A stretch of DNA of 64,000 nt from Bugula neritina (GCA_964035545.1 OZ037767.1:23452628-23516627); one strand, 5' to 3'. Numbered from the stretch's first letter, positions 45,979 through 59,639 are shown. The notes: generated from the letters alone by a model not told the origin. Program-made: numbers and translations.

Positions 45979-47218
45979 TTACTTGGCTTACTTCCCCCTG
46001 AAAAAGATTGTTTCTTTTGCTTGAGATTTAACCAAAAAGATATAGTTATCCAAAACAAAAACCAAGCTTTGAAAATTGAATTTGATATTCATGTTTTTGC
46101 TGTGGTTTTTGATGACCTGTTGACACAGACTTTCAAGATTTTAGCAATAAAAAGTTGTTTTGGGGAATGGCTTATTGTTAAAGTTAGATGTTATTTATTC
46201 CCAACCTGTCTGGGATAGAAAAGTATACTCCCAGGGCAAGTGTAGCTTTTTTTCCCTGATAATAAATGCATAGAGGAGGCTGTTCTTTGTTAACTCACTT
46301 CAATAGCATAGATGATATGTGCTGATTCTCGTGATAAGACTCTACTTTCTCATAGGGACTTACTTAAATATATAGTCCTAGCTACTTTTTACTAATATTT
46401 CAGTAAATAAACTTGAATTATTAAATATAAGTATATTTTATATTCTATACAGTTTCTTCTAGACACGTAATAAAACACCTGATTAATGTAAAGTTATAAA
46501 CTCCTAATGTAAGACTAGGTAGATATGCTCTAAACTACTAGCTGCCTCTCTCCATGCACAGCTTTATGTAATTTGATAATTATTAACAAATTGATTCTTA
46601 GAATCTCACAAGTTACTATATATAAGTTAATATAACTATAGAGACGGTAATGGACTTTAGTTAGCACAACAAAATTGTTTTTTTAAAGTAAAATGCATAG
46701 TTATATCTTTTTCCAACAACTAAACCAGCTTGCCAAAGTATGTTCTCTACTAATTGCTATAATTTATAGGTATGCTATTATTTAGTAATAGCATAGTCCG
46801 TAGAACATTGATGCAGGCTTAGGATTATCTCTATAAATCCTAAACCTTGTAAAATAGCAATAGGTTTATATCATTATGCCCAACCCATAAACACCCCCAG
46901 TATTTTGCTCATTAATAATGGAAGATAACCAGTAAAACTTTTAGCTTAGGATTGGGCAATCTTCAGACGTGGAAATTACTGTCAAAACAGTTGGCAGCAC
47001 CGAATAAATGACAAAATAAATACAAATATAAAGTTATTAGAATGTGAGTTAGGGCATTGGCTTCCAGTCAACCATCCCCTTATCTTATAGAAGTGAATTC
47101 TCATATCACAGTCTATCACTGTGAACTTTGTACTTTTTGTATATTCTATATCATTTTGTTGCGTAATATCAACAGTAAGTTGTAGCAAGTCACTAGTCCT
47201 ACCATGTTGTGGCTTATA

Positions 47219-47468
47219 CGATTTTAGGTAAAAATGGCACAGATAATAGTATGGCACAGGTAATAATGGCACAGGTAAATATGGTACAAATGGAAAAATA
47301 GGTAAAGATGGCACACTGATGTTAAATTTGCCCAAACTCTAAAACTGAAGTAGATGCAGCAATGGAGAGATTGAGAAAACCCAAACCCAATCCCCCAGCC
47401 ACCACCCTATATTGACAATGTGCCATTTTTACCTAATTTTTTATTTGTGCCATTATTACCAGACACCG
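47219..47468 (+). mobile_element. MITE-like element with subterminal GGTAAAAATGGCACA repeats in inverted orientation at its two ends
   Basis: About five direct copies of the motif at left, two inverted copies (TGTGCCATTTTTACC, TGTGCCATTATTACC) at right, C-rich spacer; second copy at 37590-37748; no clear TSD. Confidence 0.7.
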
Positions 47469-50400
47469 GCGCATATTTTACCTAGGTCAGATGGACAGCA
47501 CTTGATGCTCACCATTGAGAGTTTCTATTTTCCTATAGCCAAGTCTTCCAGGCAGTTAGGTAGCATTACATTATTCAACAGCTTAATTACATACATCTGC
47601 CTCTACTTCTTCTCCCCAGCAAATTACCACCTTTCCGACATAACCAGGTAGATGGAATGCTAATTTGTGATGAACCAGTGCATTTAATTGCTGGTCTGGA
47701 AATTGAGTTCAGAGCCATTATTTTACTTTGTAGGTGTAATTTAATGGTTACAACTTTTCTTTGAAATGGCTGAGACTGTACATCAGATTAAGTTAGTATG
47801 TTGCAGAGACCAATTCGAAAGACAGTTTCATTTAATTTCAACTTGCCAGCTAGAAATATCCTAACGTGAAGTAGTAAAAGAAATGTTATTTGAGAATTAT
47901 GAGAAATGATGACATATTTAAAAACTATAAAAAAGAATCTTGTTCAAAAAGTCAACACCACTCAACTTATACCTTTAAATTTACTGTTTGTTACTGAAAA
48001 TAACTGTTTGTAGAAAAAGAATCATTTGGATTTTTATGAGGTTGTGAGATTATATAGGCTATGTTATATATAAAACAATATGTATAAAATAAATAATATA
48101 CGTAATAAAATACTCATATAAGGCATACCATATTATACTAAAATATTATAGGGATTAAATTTGGGAAAGCTACTATACTATAGTACCTGAAGAGTGCAGC
48201 ACGCTGTACAAAACTACCCTCTAAATTTTCCATTAATAAATAACTGACTTTAAAAAAATTTCTAGTATACTACAAGCTCTATCCCAGTCTTGCTGCATTT
48301 ATAATAGAATTAACATTTCTTGGATATCTAAAGGCATTTTATTACCGGGTAGGCAAAGAGTCATAATATATAACCTAATCAACAAAGTTTTTCATCTCTG
48401 TGGGGATTGGGGACCATGCAATGCCACAGCAATTAACAGTTCCAGGCTATTTGGAGCCATATATGTTCAAGATTTACCAAAGACCTACAATTTTGAAAAC
48501 AAATCCGGTTATTTTACACATTCTGATTGTTTTTATACCAAGAGGCAGGGTTTCCAGACTACAGTGTAGACACTACATCATAGTTCCTGGATGTTTTCCT
48601 AAGAGTGCACTTAGGTTCAACTACTGAATGATAGAATAATTGAGGGAGGGTTTGAACCTATCCCATATTGCTGTCTAAGTAAAAATAATATTGCTCTTTG
48701 GCTAAGACTAATGATTCTGGCAGCTCCTAATGACATACATGTAGACAAAAACAATCATAATTGTTGGCATCGGATGTGTGTTTGATGATGCAGTTCTCAT
48801 CATAACTTCATTCATGAGCCAAGTAGCTAGTATAGTAGTATTCAGTACCGTTGATGCTGGGGAAGTGACAACTACGTGTTGACAAGACAGCAAACCAGTT
48901 TGGAGTTTACAGAATATCAAAGTAAAACACTAGTAAGGTAACTTGAGAACTTACAGTAGATACATCATTATTTAACAAGCTGTTGGGTGACTCGACAATC
49001 TTCAACTTTGTGACTGTTAGTAGGTACGTTGAATTTCCATCTGAGAAAATTCTCAACAAAATAATAATTACAGTTGTTGGTGATTCATGTGAAAGTAACG
49101 CTATGCTACTTTTTTTTGGCGAAACTTGGGTAGTAGAAGACTTGAACTGTCTTCTTAATCTTAAAACAGACCTATAGTTGTATATTAATGTTTAAAAGCA
49201 GCTCTAAGTATATAATAATAATAATGTGATGTAGTGATTGACTTTTAAAAATCATTCAGCACATAGCTATAAACAGAGTTTTGAGTACAATATAAAGTCT
49301 AATTCAAAAATTGCTTTTGACATTTTAAGCTTTATTGGTACCATTGAGTTTTTTTATTTGCGTAAAATTCAACCTGCTTGTAGACTAATATATTTGTTTC
49401 TTATTTGAAGCATAAGACTAAGAGGGCTGTTTTTGGATACTAAATAGCACGCAAATAAAAGTTTTGTGTTAAAGCAAATGTCTTTCTTGGAGCATATAAT
49501 AAACATGGCTGTCACTAGAAGGCATTTTTCAATTTAACTTTTTTGCAGAGTTATTTTTCTCAGTTTATAAACTTATATGAATGTTGAAGATAGTCCTTAA
49601 TTATATTATCATTCAACATATTATACTAGTTACTATTAGTAATTATTATGTAACGTCTATTATCACATATCTCGAGCATCTAATGCTAGTTTATAATTTT
49701 TGGTTTAGCATTTAAGTTTAGCCTTCAGAGTGTGGTACTTGCTTTATTTCACAATCAGACAACTTTTCATGCTGAAAATATTCTATAGAACTAGTGGCTA
49801 TTTGAAAAAACCTGCAACATCTTCTATAATCTATACTGACACATCGCATAGTAACACATTTATAGAGACATTGCGTAGTAACACATTTATAGAGGCATTG
49901 CATAGTAACACATTGTAAAGTGACACATTGACTAGTCACACAATACAATGGTAGTTTAAAAGCAAGATTTTGAGTTGGTTGGTTTTTGAAAATTAATTAA
50001 ACATTAAACCTTATCATTAATTATTTTATGTCTTTTTAATAAGATTGGTGGCCTTGTAACAACTGATAGCACCCAAAAGATTCTCTTAGTGCTCTTCCTG
50101 TGAAATATTAGTCATATCATAAATATTCTCATTTGATATTGGGCTAGTACTATGGGCTCTTATATTTTAGGTGGCTATCAGTTATACAAGAAATAGTTAT
50201 TGCATCCTCAGTTCCACAAATACTTCTTTAGTTTTGCTTAGTAAAGGTGCTGATTTGAATGATGCATGTCAACTTGCAGACACTGCTAGCATTAAAATAT
50301 ACACTACAATACCTGTGGACTGCAGTATTAGACTAATATTCCTGGGCTGCGAAGGGTATTTTGTTAAATCAAGGATTGAAAAGAGCAATCAGTGATGTGT

Positions 50401-50989
50401 TTACTAACTGCAGGAAACCTAATTTATTAATATTTGTAGATGAAAAGATAAATTTTATAGGTTTTATAAAGCTTAGACCCCTGGAGGATTAGAATTATAG
50501 CATATGACAATCTAATCAAACCATAAAGTAACAACTTTAATCTTGCTTAGTACAACTAATTAGAAAATCTGTAAACCTGCTTGCAAATCTAGACTAAAGT
50601 ATGTAAATGTGCAACATTGGAATGAGACTATACCAAATGCTAATGTGAATTAATTTGAACTTTAAACCCAACCGGAAGAAAATCTAACCAAATTCATATT
50701 TTACAGGTTAGACTGAAAAATAAGTTTATTGGATTGCAATTACTGCAGGGTATGCAGTTGTTTGTGTGTATATAATCATTATGTGGTTATATTAAGAAAG
50801 TACTAGTGGTTATATAACTAGCTGCTGCTGTATTGGTGAACCTAGATCTTCACCAACACCTGCATTGCAGTGCATGAACTAAGTCAGCTTGTGTATAGAA
50901 CAAAGTCTTTATGTTTTGTAGATGGAGGATGTTATGAGGTCAAAGGAAATCCCTAAATAGTTGTTAGAAACAACACCCCAGCGTGTACC

Positions 50990-51988
50990 ATGAGTTTGAT
51001 CCATATTGTAATCCCTGTTTACACATCTTTGCTATGTGTGATGATGGAAGCGAAGGTGACAGGAGCAAATGTTGATTTAACATTCTCACCATCAGTATAC
51101 ATCAACAGCTCCAGTAAACCACTTTCCACCGATGACAGGCAATGGGCAGGGCGTGTGGCTCAACTGGTAGCAGTAAAAGTTCAAACTGGATGCGGTAGAA
51201 TGCAAAATCGGTTGGTGACCTTTGAGGATGGAACAAAAGCGTGTGCAAGATATCGTGTAAATTCAAACTTGATGCAGGGAGAAATATACTCCTATTTCTT
51301 AGCCCAGTTACTAGGAATTAAAAATCTCCCACCTTTAGCTCTAGCGTTACCAGATATAAATACAAGACAGTGGAGCAGGGTAGCTGATGCAGTTCTTCAA
51401 TCTCAATGGCAAGCAGACAAGCTAATAATACTTACAAAATACATCTCTAACATAAATGAAGTGATTTTGCCTCAAAAACTGAAAGGTTTATTAAAAAACA
51501 GTGTTAAACCAAAAGATTTGACCCAAAACAATATGGAGTTGTATGCTCAATGGTCAGATTTGATTATATTCGATTACATAATAGGAAATATGGATCGATT
51601 GGTAAATAGCCTTCATAATCGACAGTGGAATTCCGAAATAATGGATATGCCAGTGCACAACCTGGCAAGAAAAGATAACTCCTTGTTATTTCTGGACAAT
51701 GAAGATGGATTGTTTCATGGCTATAGAATAATGAGCAGATATTCACAGTACCACGAACAATCTCTCCATACAGTTTGTGTGTTTAGAGCATCAACTGTAT
51801 CTCATATAGAACAGCTACTTCAGGCAAATGATCTGGGCCAAATGCTAATAGATGTGGTGCAGAAACACGAGCCTAAGGCCCTTAAATATTTGCCAAGAAT
51901 TTCAAATACAACTATTGATACTTTAACGCAACGCATCTCTAATGTATTGGAACATATTAAAAAATGTGAACAGCAATATTCCACATAA
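50990..51988 (+). CDS. fj: Four-jointed (FJX1-family) secretory-pathway kinase, 332 aa, single coding exon
   Basis: GCGRMQNRLVTFEDGTKACARYR, QGEIYSYFLA.LLGI.NLPP, QWSDLIIFDY..GNMDR, HNL, LFLDNE catalytic motif; hydrophobic N-terminus; accATG context with in-frame upstream stop at 50954. Confidence 0.92.
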   Translation: MSLIHIVIPVYTSLLCVMMEAKVTGANVDLTFSPSVYINSSSKPLSTDDRQWAGRVAQLVAVKVQTGCGRMQNRLVTFEDGTKACARYRVNSNLMQGEIYSYFLAQLLGIKNLPPLALALPDINTRQWSRVADAVLQSQWQADKLIILTKYISNINEVILPQKLKGLLKNSVKPKDLTQNNMELYAQWSDLIIFDYIIGNMDRLVNSLHNRQWNSEIMDMPVHNLARKDNSLLFLDNEDGLFHGYRIMSRYSQYHEQSLHTVCVFRASTVSHIEQLLQANDLGQMLIDVVQKHEPKALKYLPRISNTTIDTLTQRISNVLEHIKKCEQQYST

Positions 51989-53800
51989 GTTTGTTTGTTT
52001 GTTTGTTTGTTTGTTTGTTTGGTTTATTTCATCAAAGGTATTTAATAACACAAGGACATTAGAAAATGCCAAGGAGGCGATGATGAGGCCCATTGCGCTA
52101 TAGCCTAGCTAGTCATGCGCGGGCCAACACGAGCTGACAGCGACTCTATCCAGAAAAATACAAAAAAAATACAACTATTCTAACAGATAAAGCCTCAACT
52201 TCCTCCCAAATTCATTAGGGTTGCTAATTGACCGTAAAGGGATTGGCAGTTCATTCCATAGTGCCACCTCCTGATAACAGTTTCTTCTGTGACCTGCTGC
52301 TGTTTGAGAGTGAGGAAGGGGGAGATTTATGAATGATTGACGTGTATTGATAGAGTGAGTGGGAAAAAAATTGTCAGAGTAGAAAAAAGAATGAGCTTTC
52401 TTTAACACTTTAAAACGGTAAATCTGGTATATTGAGAGAACTTTATGCTTAGTAAATAGAGGCGCTGATGGATGGTCAAACGGTTTTTTGTTCATGATAC
52501 GCATTACCTTTTTTTGAAAAATAAAAATCTTGTTTAGATGGGTATTAGCTGCATTTCCCCAGGCCTCTGCACAATAATTTAACTTGGAATTGATGAAAGA
52601 ATTATATATCAAAAGTAAAATTTTTTGAGGGAGATATTCAGAACATCGGTATATTAATCCACTAAGTGGTCGTAATTTTGTAAGTAGGTTTGAGATGTGC
52701 AAGCTCCAATTTAAATTTTTATCTATTTGTACACCTAGAAAAGTTATGCTGTTAGAGTAATTTATAGGTCTTTTATTTAATAATATACAGTTTTCTAGAA
52801 TTTGAAAAGGATTTTGGTAGTTTTTTAAAACAATATAGTTGCATTTTTCATAGTTTATAGTGAGTTTGTTTTTATTGCACCAAATTGACAGAGAGTTTAG
52901 ATCTTGATTTATAGCTTCCAAATGGGAGTTCAAATCTTTTGATTCAAAAAATAAATTAGTGTCGTCGGCATAGAAAATGGGATTAAAAAGTTTAAATTGT
53001 TGAGCAAGATCGTTTATATATATCAAAAATAAGGTAGGGCCCAAGACAGATCCCTGGGGAACCCCACAGGTCACTGATCGTGAACTTGATAAGGTTGCAT
53101 TTACTAGTGTGGAATGACTTCGGTTTGATAGGTAGTTAGCAACCCATGACACTGTGGATTCACTAAAACCAAGTTTTCTCATTTTTGCAAGTAAAATATT
53201 GTGATTTATAGTGTCAAAAGCCTTACTAAAATCTATAAAAATTCCGAGAACGCAATTTCCATTGTTAAAAGCTTCGAGCGTATTATTTTTAAATTTAACA
53301 ACAGCATCTGCAGTACTTAAATTTTTTCGAAAGCCATATTGATTCTTAGAAATCAAATTTTTAGATTCTAAAAAGTTTAAAATTTGATTGTTAACAATTT
53401 TTTCAAGTATTTTACTAAAAATGGGGAGGATTGAAATAGGGCGGTAGTTTTCACATCTGTCATGAGAACCTTTTTTGTAGAATGGTAATATTTTAGCAGT
53501 TTTAATTTGCGCTGGAACAATTTTTTCTTCTATGCTTTTGTTAAATAAATAGGCAAGTGGTGTAGATAGTGAAATTTTGCAAAATTTGATAAGTTTAGTC
53601 GGGATATTGTCTAAACCTATAGCTTTCTTGGAATCTAGTTTTTCAATGATCTCAATTATTTGAGATTCATCAGTTTTTTTTAAATGAAATTCTTCTTTAG
53701 TAATATTTGTCAGCATTGAGTAGGTATCGGAGTTCGAATTTGTAAAATTTGAAGCTAGTTTTTGGGCTATTGTATTTTCATTATTCTTATTCCTAACCAA
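51989..53800 (-). mobile_element. 5'-truncated non-LTR retrotransposon (CR1/L2-group LINE) with (AAAC)8 tail
   Basis: RT frame 53800-52175, 3' UTR 52174-52021 with AATAAA, microsatellite tail (GTTT)8 on plus at 51989-52020; no endonuclease or ORF1. Confidence 0.92.
52175..53800 (-). CDS. LINE ORF2 C-terminal part (reverse transcriptase domain), uninterrupted but lacking its N-terminus
   Basis: NYRPISILP, QYGFR, FIDFSKAFDT, GVPQGSVLGP, YADD, FLGV, LWNELP motifs; no ATG at the truncation point. Confidence 0.9.
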   Translation of the reverse strand: MVRNKNNENTIAQKLASNFTNSNSDTYSMLTNITKEEFHLKKTDESQIIEIIEKLDSKKAIGLDNIPTKLIKFCKISLSTPLAYLFNKSIEEKIVPAQIKTAKILPFYKKGSHDRCENYRPISILPIFSKILEKIVNNQILNFLESKNLISKNQYGFRKNLSTADAVVKFKNNTLEAFNNGNCVLGIFIDFSKAFDTINHNILLAKMRKLGFSESTVSWVANYLSNRSHSTLVNATLSSSRSVTCGVPQGSVLGPTLFLIYINDLAQQFKLFNPIFYADDTNLFFESKDLNSHLEAINQDLNSLSIWCNKNKLTINYEKCNYIVLKNYQNPFQILENCILLNKRPINYSNSITFLGVQIDKNLNWSLHISNLLTKLRPLSGLIYRCSEYLPQKILLLIYNSFINSKLNYCAEAWGNAANTHLNKIFIFQKKVMRIMNKKPFDHPSAPLFTKHKVLSIYQIYRFKVLKKAHSFFYSDNFFPTHSINTRQSFINLPLPHSQTAAGHRRNCYQEVALWNELPIPLRSISNPNEFGRKLRLYLLE

Positions 53801-54506
53801 TATGACATTCTACATTATGTTATTTGCTCAGAATTTTGAATCAAACAAGCCATTACTTCCACAATTGTGGTGTGAAATGGCACTTTTATTTTATGCTATT
53901 CTACATGTTTATACTGTTATTTGAAATACTCAGTTTCCAGTGGCAAACTTAACAATGCCTACCAATTAATTACCACTATCTTTTTATGTGTCATTATACT
54001 TTGATGTTATACTCAGACCTTGTGTATATGAATTGTCAACAGATGGAAAGTTTAATTCTAATTAAAGTAAAATAACATAATTTGGATTTTGTAAAGATAT
54101 TGCTTTATATTTATGAGTAGAAATTCCAAACTGAGTTAGAGTATAATCTTCTGACTAAAACCACGCCTCAAATACATCATTTCTAATCTGTGAACACAAG
54201 CAAGTTACACCTGGAGAGATTAAATGGACAGTACTGGTTGTAAGTAGTAATTAATAGAAGGGAAATTTCCCCAAGAGTGAACTCCACTAATCAGGTGATG
54301 CAAAACTTGGCAAGTAAATTTGGCAGCATATGAATGTATATATGAATAAAGGATAGTACTTTGGTTTAGTATATAAATGCAATGGTTTAAAGCCAATCCC
54401 TAAATATATTATTTGTAGAGTAAAGTTGTAGCCAACAAAATGATGCATTAGGACTATCTTGTGTAAATACTGAGTCACCACTGAATTCAGACTAGATTTT
54501 AGTTTC

Positions 54507-57500
54507 TCAGATATCTTCAGCTGATGGAACTGAAGTTGTAGGAGTTTCTATATCTCTTATTGACTGTATCAACTGTAACTCAAGTTGCATACAGTTTGGC
54601 TTATTTCCTTCCCCAGCCAGCTCTAAAAGAAGATATCAAAATAGTTTTGCATTAGGTTGATAGGTTGCGCTGTAAAGGAAACACCACCCTTAATTTATTT
54701 ACACTACGGGCTTAAACTTAGGGCTACAAAATGAATAGTTATGGCCTGCAAAATCTCATCTACACTAATTTTTAAGCAGCATCTTAGTGTGTAAGCTGTG
54801 AAAGTATATATTACACTAGTCCGAAAGAAAGGTATCAAAAGGCACAAAAAGTATCATTAAGGTAGTATAGCCCATGAATCATCTCAGTTTCCAAAACATT
54901 AGGCAAAGCTGCTACACCCAAGAAATCTTATATCATGAACAATAAGACGGTTATCAGACTAAGAAAATAAATATTTTAGTATTAATAGTAGAAGGCAGTA
55001 CTATCAAATAATAACTTAATGAAATTCACCTTTGGCAGCTTTTAGTGTTCTGGTCAATACGTGCTGCATTGTGGAGATAACTTTAGAACAGGCTTCCTGT
55101 AAAAAATATATACATTTACAACACTGACTAGCTTTTTGTTAATAATAGACTACACATCGTAACCTGATTGCTGGGAATTCTGGAACTATTGGCCTTCCAA
55201 AGCAGTTGTTGTACAAGGTGCAACTAGCAGGAGAGCAGACAACTGCAAATTAGCAATCATAGTCTTACTTTTATATCAGCCTTTTCTGACCAAGCCAAGA
55301 GTAGAGCAGCAAACAGATCTCCGGTTCCCACAAACACAGCATCCTGTACGGGGATTTTCTGTTGGAACCTCACAAAACTACCATCACCTGCAAGAGAAAT
55401 CGTAATACTTAAAGGGTATAGAGCTAGCCATTACATCTTACCAAGTTGATAGTTGCACATAACAACCAAAGGAATAATACATCAATATAAATGTATGTAT
55501 ACGACATGTACTGGTCATTCACTGCTCTATGCTTAGATAATGGTTTTTCTGAGAAAGAATTTCCCAGACTGAAGAATCAGTTTTCAGGCTTTCATATGAA
55601 TTACAAACCTTTTCTATGGGAAGCTATCATGAGCAGATTATCAGCATCTCCTAACTCAGTACTAGTGATGATAACGGTATGGGGCCCTTTATCATGTACC
55701 GTCTCCATAGCACTAACCGCATCACACACAGAGGCTATCTTTTTACCAGTTAAACATCTGCACACAAAACACATTACTACTTATACATTAGATTACACTG
55801 TTCTTCTTAATAAAATAGGCCATACGCTATAATTTTAAAACATATAATAACAGTTGATTGCAAAACAGATTGCACCTCACCTTATAATTACTGTTGCACT
55901 AAGCATGTCTATTGAAATGTATGTATATTTGAGCAAATTGGTTGGAAAATTAGGAGTTGTGAGACCATTGGCTGCATTGTAGTTGATTATACAAATATGA
56001 ACTGTGCATAGCTCAATACTGGGGGTTTGATTGCAACATGTCTTGATTTGTTGATAAAAGCAACAGTAAGATAAAAAAGTCTATTTACATCAGGTCATTC
56101 TAACGTTTGTTCATCATTTATGCATGTGTATCAAAAACTGAATGCACATGCACTCTGCAAACTATACATGTAACTAAATACACTGAAACATAAACATTCC
56201 TTAACACCATAAAATTTACTTAGTATGCACTATGCAGTGGGTTAGTTGACTTACAGTCCATTAAATGACCTAAACTTATTGCCCATCTCATTTAGTATAC
56301 ATACAACGTCGTTGCTGTAAATAATCAATGAGCTGCAACTTGTTCGTAAGGCTTGGCAATCCAGGATAATTGAAAGATTAGTATAAAATCACTATGCAGT
56401 GAACTAGCCTTTGACAGTTATTTTATGGCATATAAGTCTTGCTAATATAACATAATTTTATCTCTTGCTCCTATTATTTTGCAACTACTAAAGTGATAAA
56501 GGTTTAAATTCTCGGCAGAACAAAATGCTTATGCCTTATTGCATTAAAATACTGCACAAAGTGACTAGAATTGCCAATCAGATATGGAATCCTTTCAGAG
56601 CAGAGTGAACTATAAACTTACTCAATTTCAAACTGATTAGGAACTACAATGTCTGCCACTGGCAGAACTTCATCTCTATAAACTGGCAAGAGTGCTTCAC
56701 TGGTGTACTGAAATAAAAAAATATAGTAAATGAAGAAAATACAGCGCACTAACATGAAAATATACAATACTTATAAATGCTGCGTAAACAGTGTAAATGA
56801 AGATCTAAGTAAGGCTAACAGAAAATTTTACATATGAAAGTTTCTAACCCAAGTAGAATCCAAGTTTTAAATTCAGTTTTCTTAAAATGGAAATCAGTAG
56901 TTATACATTTGAGGACATATTATGTCTTTGAAAGGGGAGATAGTTTCTACTTAACTTAAAACTAAAAAATCAACATTAAAATATTTTGATGACTTGAAAA
57001 TTTTCCTTAATTATCTATTTCAACAGAATTCAAAGCTTATAGTTTAGATAATAAGCTCATGCATGGTTTCCCCATGTAATTGAAAAAAGAGTTTATAATT
57101 TAAATTTACTACTGATAATGAAAATAAATGTATTTTCAAGTATGTGACATCAAACATGCTACATTTACTTCAGTTTCATTCTGATAGCAGGAACATGCAT
57201 TGGTATTTGCAACAAGTTTAAGTTGTAACTTAGTTGCACCTCAAAGAGTGATTAGAAAATGAAAATGTATTTTTGGTATTAGGACTTGATTGTTGTTTAC
57301 ACCAACAGCTTGGCCAACTAATGGTGAGATAACTCCATATTTTGATAGCTGAGTTATAATAACATGCAGTAGACAGAGACACAAACATATAGGTTCAGTA
57401 GGATTCTATTCTATATGGTGGTTGGAGGGGGGGGGGGAAGAATGAGATTAGTGATTGCACAAAATGAATTGCAAGATTATTGAGAAAAAAAACAATTAGT

Positions 57501-59549
57501 TTTATTTGAGCTTAAAAAAACTTAAGAACAATAATGTATTCAGTTTTAGTCCTGGTTCTTGGAATTAAAGCTTAAGCAAATTAAAAAAAGCGTAAAATAC
57601 TTCCTTTATTACTTTTATATATGGGGGAAAAGGAAATGCAATTAAAAATGATACAGACCTGCCAACAAGTATTTAAGCCTGCTCAGACCATAACAGTATA
57701 CAGTATATAAGTATAAAGAAGAGCAGAGAAATGTTAACATAATTCAAACAAAAGCAATGAGTCTAGCGTATAAGTTAGCAACTTACAAAACGGCCATGAT
57801 CGCCCATCACAGGGTCACACACTAAAAAAGTAAAATATTGATTGTATAGTCCAATGCTCTGTTATATGATGCAGAATAACAACTTTACAGAGAACATTGA
57901 GTTGGCAATAATGAGACAATATATGACCATATATGGTAAGGAAATGCATGTATGTACATGTACGCATATCTCTTGCATAACAGAAACTAACCATAAACAA
58001 GATGGGGGTTCAGAGCCTTCAACTCCTTAACCACAGCAGCTGTTTCTTGCAGAAATGAAGGATCACCGATATAACCTACATACATACGTAATAAAATAGA
58101 TTATATTAAAATCAGTGTAGGCTTAGTCTCATTTAGATATATTTGAAAATTTGGATGATTTATTGCATCAATTGCAACAACTTGGCATGCAAAGCAGTAT
58201 AAAATACACCAGAAAAATGACATACTACTTAAAACAATGTTACCGTTCCAACTACATAACTTATGGCAAACACTATACAGTGAAATTAATGCATACAATT
58301 AAATTTAAGCCAAACAAGAGATAGTTTGAAACAAAATATATGATAGATCTTATAAAAAAGCAAGCAATTCTTCTTACTATTATGAATGTACATGAATATG
58401 CTAACCAATATTTACCATGGAACATGGCAGTGCTTACCAGTTAGTAAATGAGAATATTTGCATAGTAAACCATTATTCCTCAAACCATTAACAAGCTCCT
58501 TCAACTCTCCACACTTGAGTATCTGACCACCAATATGAGGGTATTGAGTGTGGTTTGAGAATTGAACAGAATTAATGGCATCAACTTCATACCCTAAAAC
58601 CTGAACGAGAGCATCGGCATAGGTTATACATAAAAGTTACTACCTGCAGGACTACACAAATATAGCAAGACATCCCAATTCATAACGAAGTCATCCCGTT
58701 TTTAATGAAGAAATGGGTTTTAAAAAATATGATTTAGATTCTAGTACATTGTAATGAGTCCCAGGTTTGCAGAGGTTTCTGCTTTAACCCCGAATTTTCG
58801 AGAGGACTGCATTAGTATTCACAGCACTTGCTTCTTTTCGTTATGGAAAGATAGAATAAAATCTGGATAGCCAATATTATGAATATGATTGACTTCTTCT
58901 TTAGACTTGGAGGGTCCAGGATTACCTAGTGATTGAATATCTAGTCAGTAGTTGGATTAAATAATCTTGGCTTATTTAGCTAAGCAGTTGAGAAACATTG
59001 GGATATTCTTGACTGAACTAATGGTAGTATTGATAACGCCATAACAAAAACCTAAACATTATCACAATGAATATGATTAGAATTTAAGCTGCTAAAGCCA
59101 AAGGGAGGTTTGCCAATAAATTAAATAGTTAAATACTAGTAGTAGTAGTAGTAGTAGTAGTTTGCAATCACTCGTCGCCAATGGCAATTGACATGACTGA
59201 TAACATTATGATTAACTATCGTTATGCTGATATCCAACTTTATAATTACACTTCATTAAAGTAATTCATTAGTTTGACAAGGTGTTAAATATAATCACAG
59301 TGCCAGTCTTAGTCTGAATGGCAGTGTCGCAGAGTAGCAACGCGGGAGTACCGTATAGTTATTAGTAATGGTCAATGTTATAGTTATTACTATTAGATTT
59401 TCATTTACTTTTACTTTTTCGTGTTGCCATAATCATAATGATAATTTTACCTGCAATGGAAATGTTGCACTTTTGTTGCCAACATACCCTCTGACTACAT
59501 GACTTTGTATCGATAAAACACGTTTATGGTTATTTATCTCCGTTGTCAT
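54507..59549 (-). CDS. PDXK: Pyridoxal kinase, 305 aa, 9 coding exons
   Basis: Exons 59549-59451, 58600-58438, 58075-57992, 57821-57787, 56707-56622, 55757-55609, 55387-55269, 55096-55030, 54622-54507. Motifs [72 protein letters not shown]. Confidence 0.96.
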
Positions 59550-59639
59550 TTTATTAAGCTTACTTTTACGGTTCGCACGAAATCTTACCGTCTGCACCAA
59601 GATCAAAAATCACGATTATAAAATGTGGTAAAGAGTAAT

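Noticed and set aside
53790-53825. Target-site duplication for the LINE
   Set aside because: Only weak partial similarity to the sequence before the fj stop; no exact duplication.
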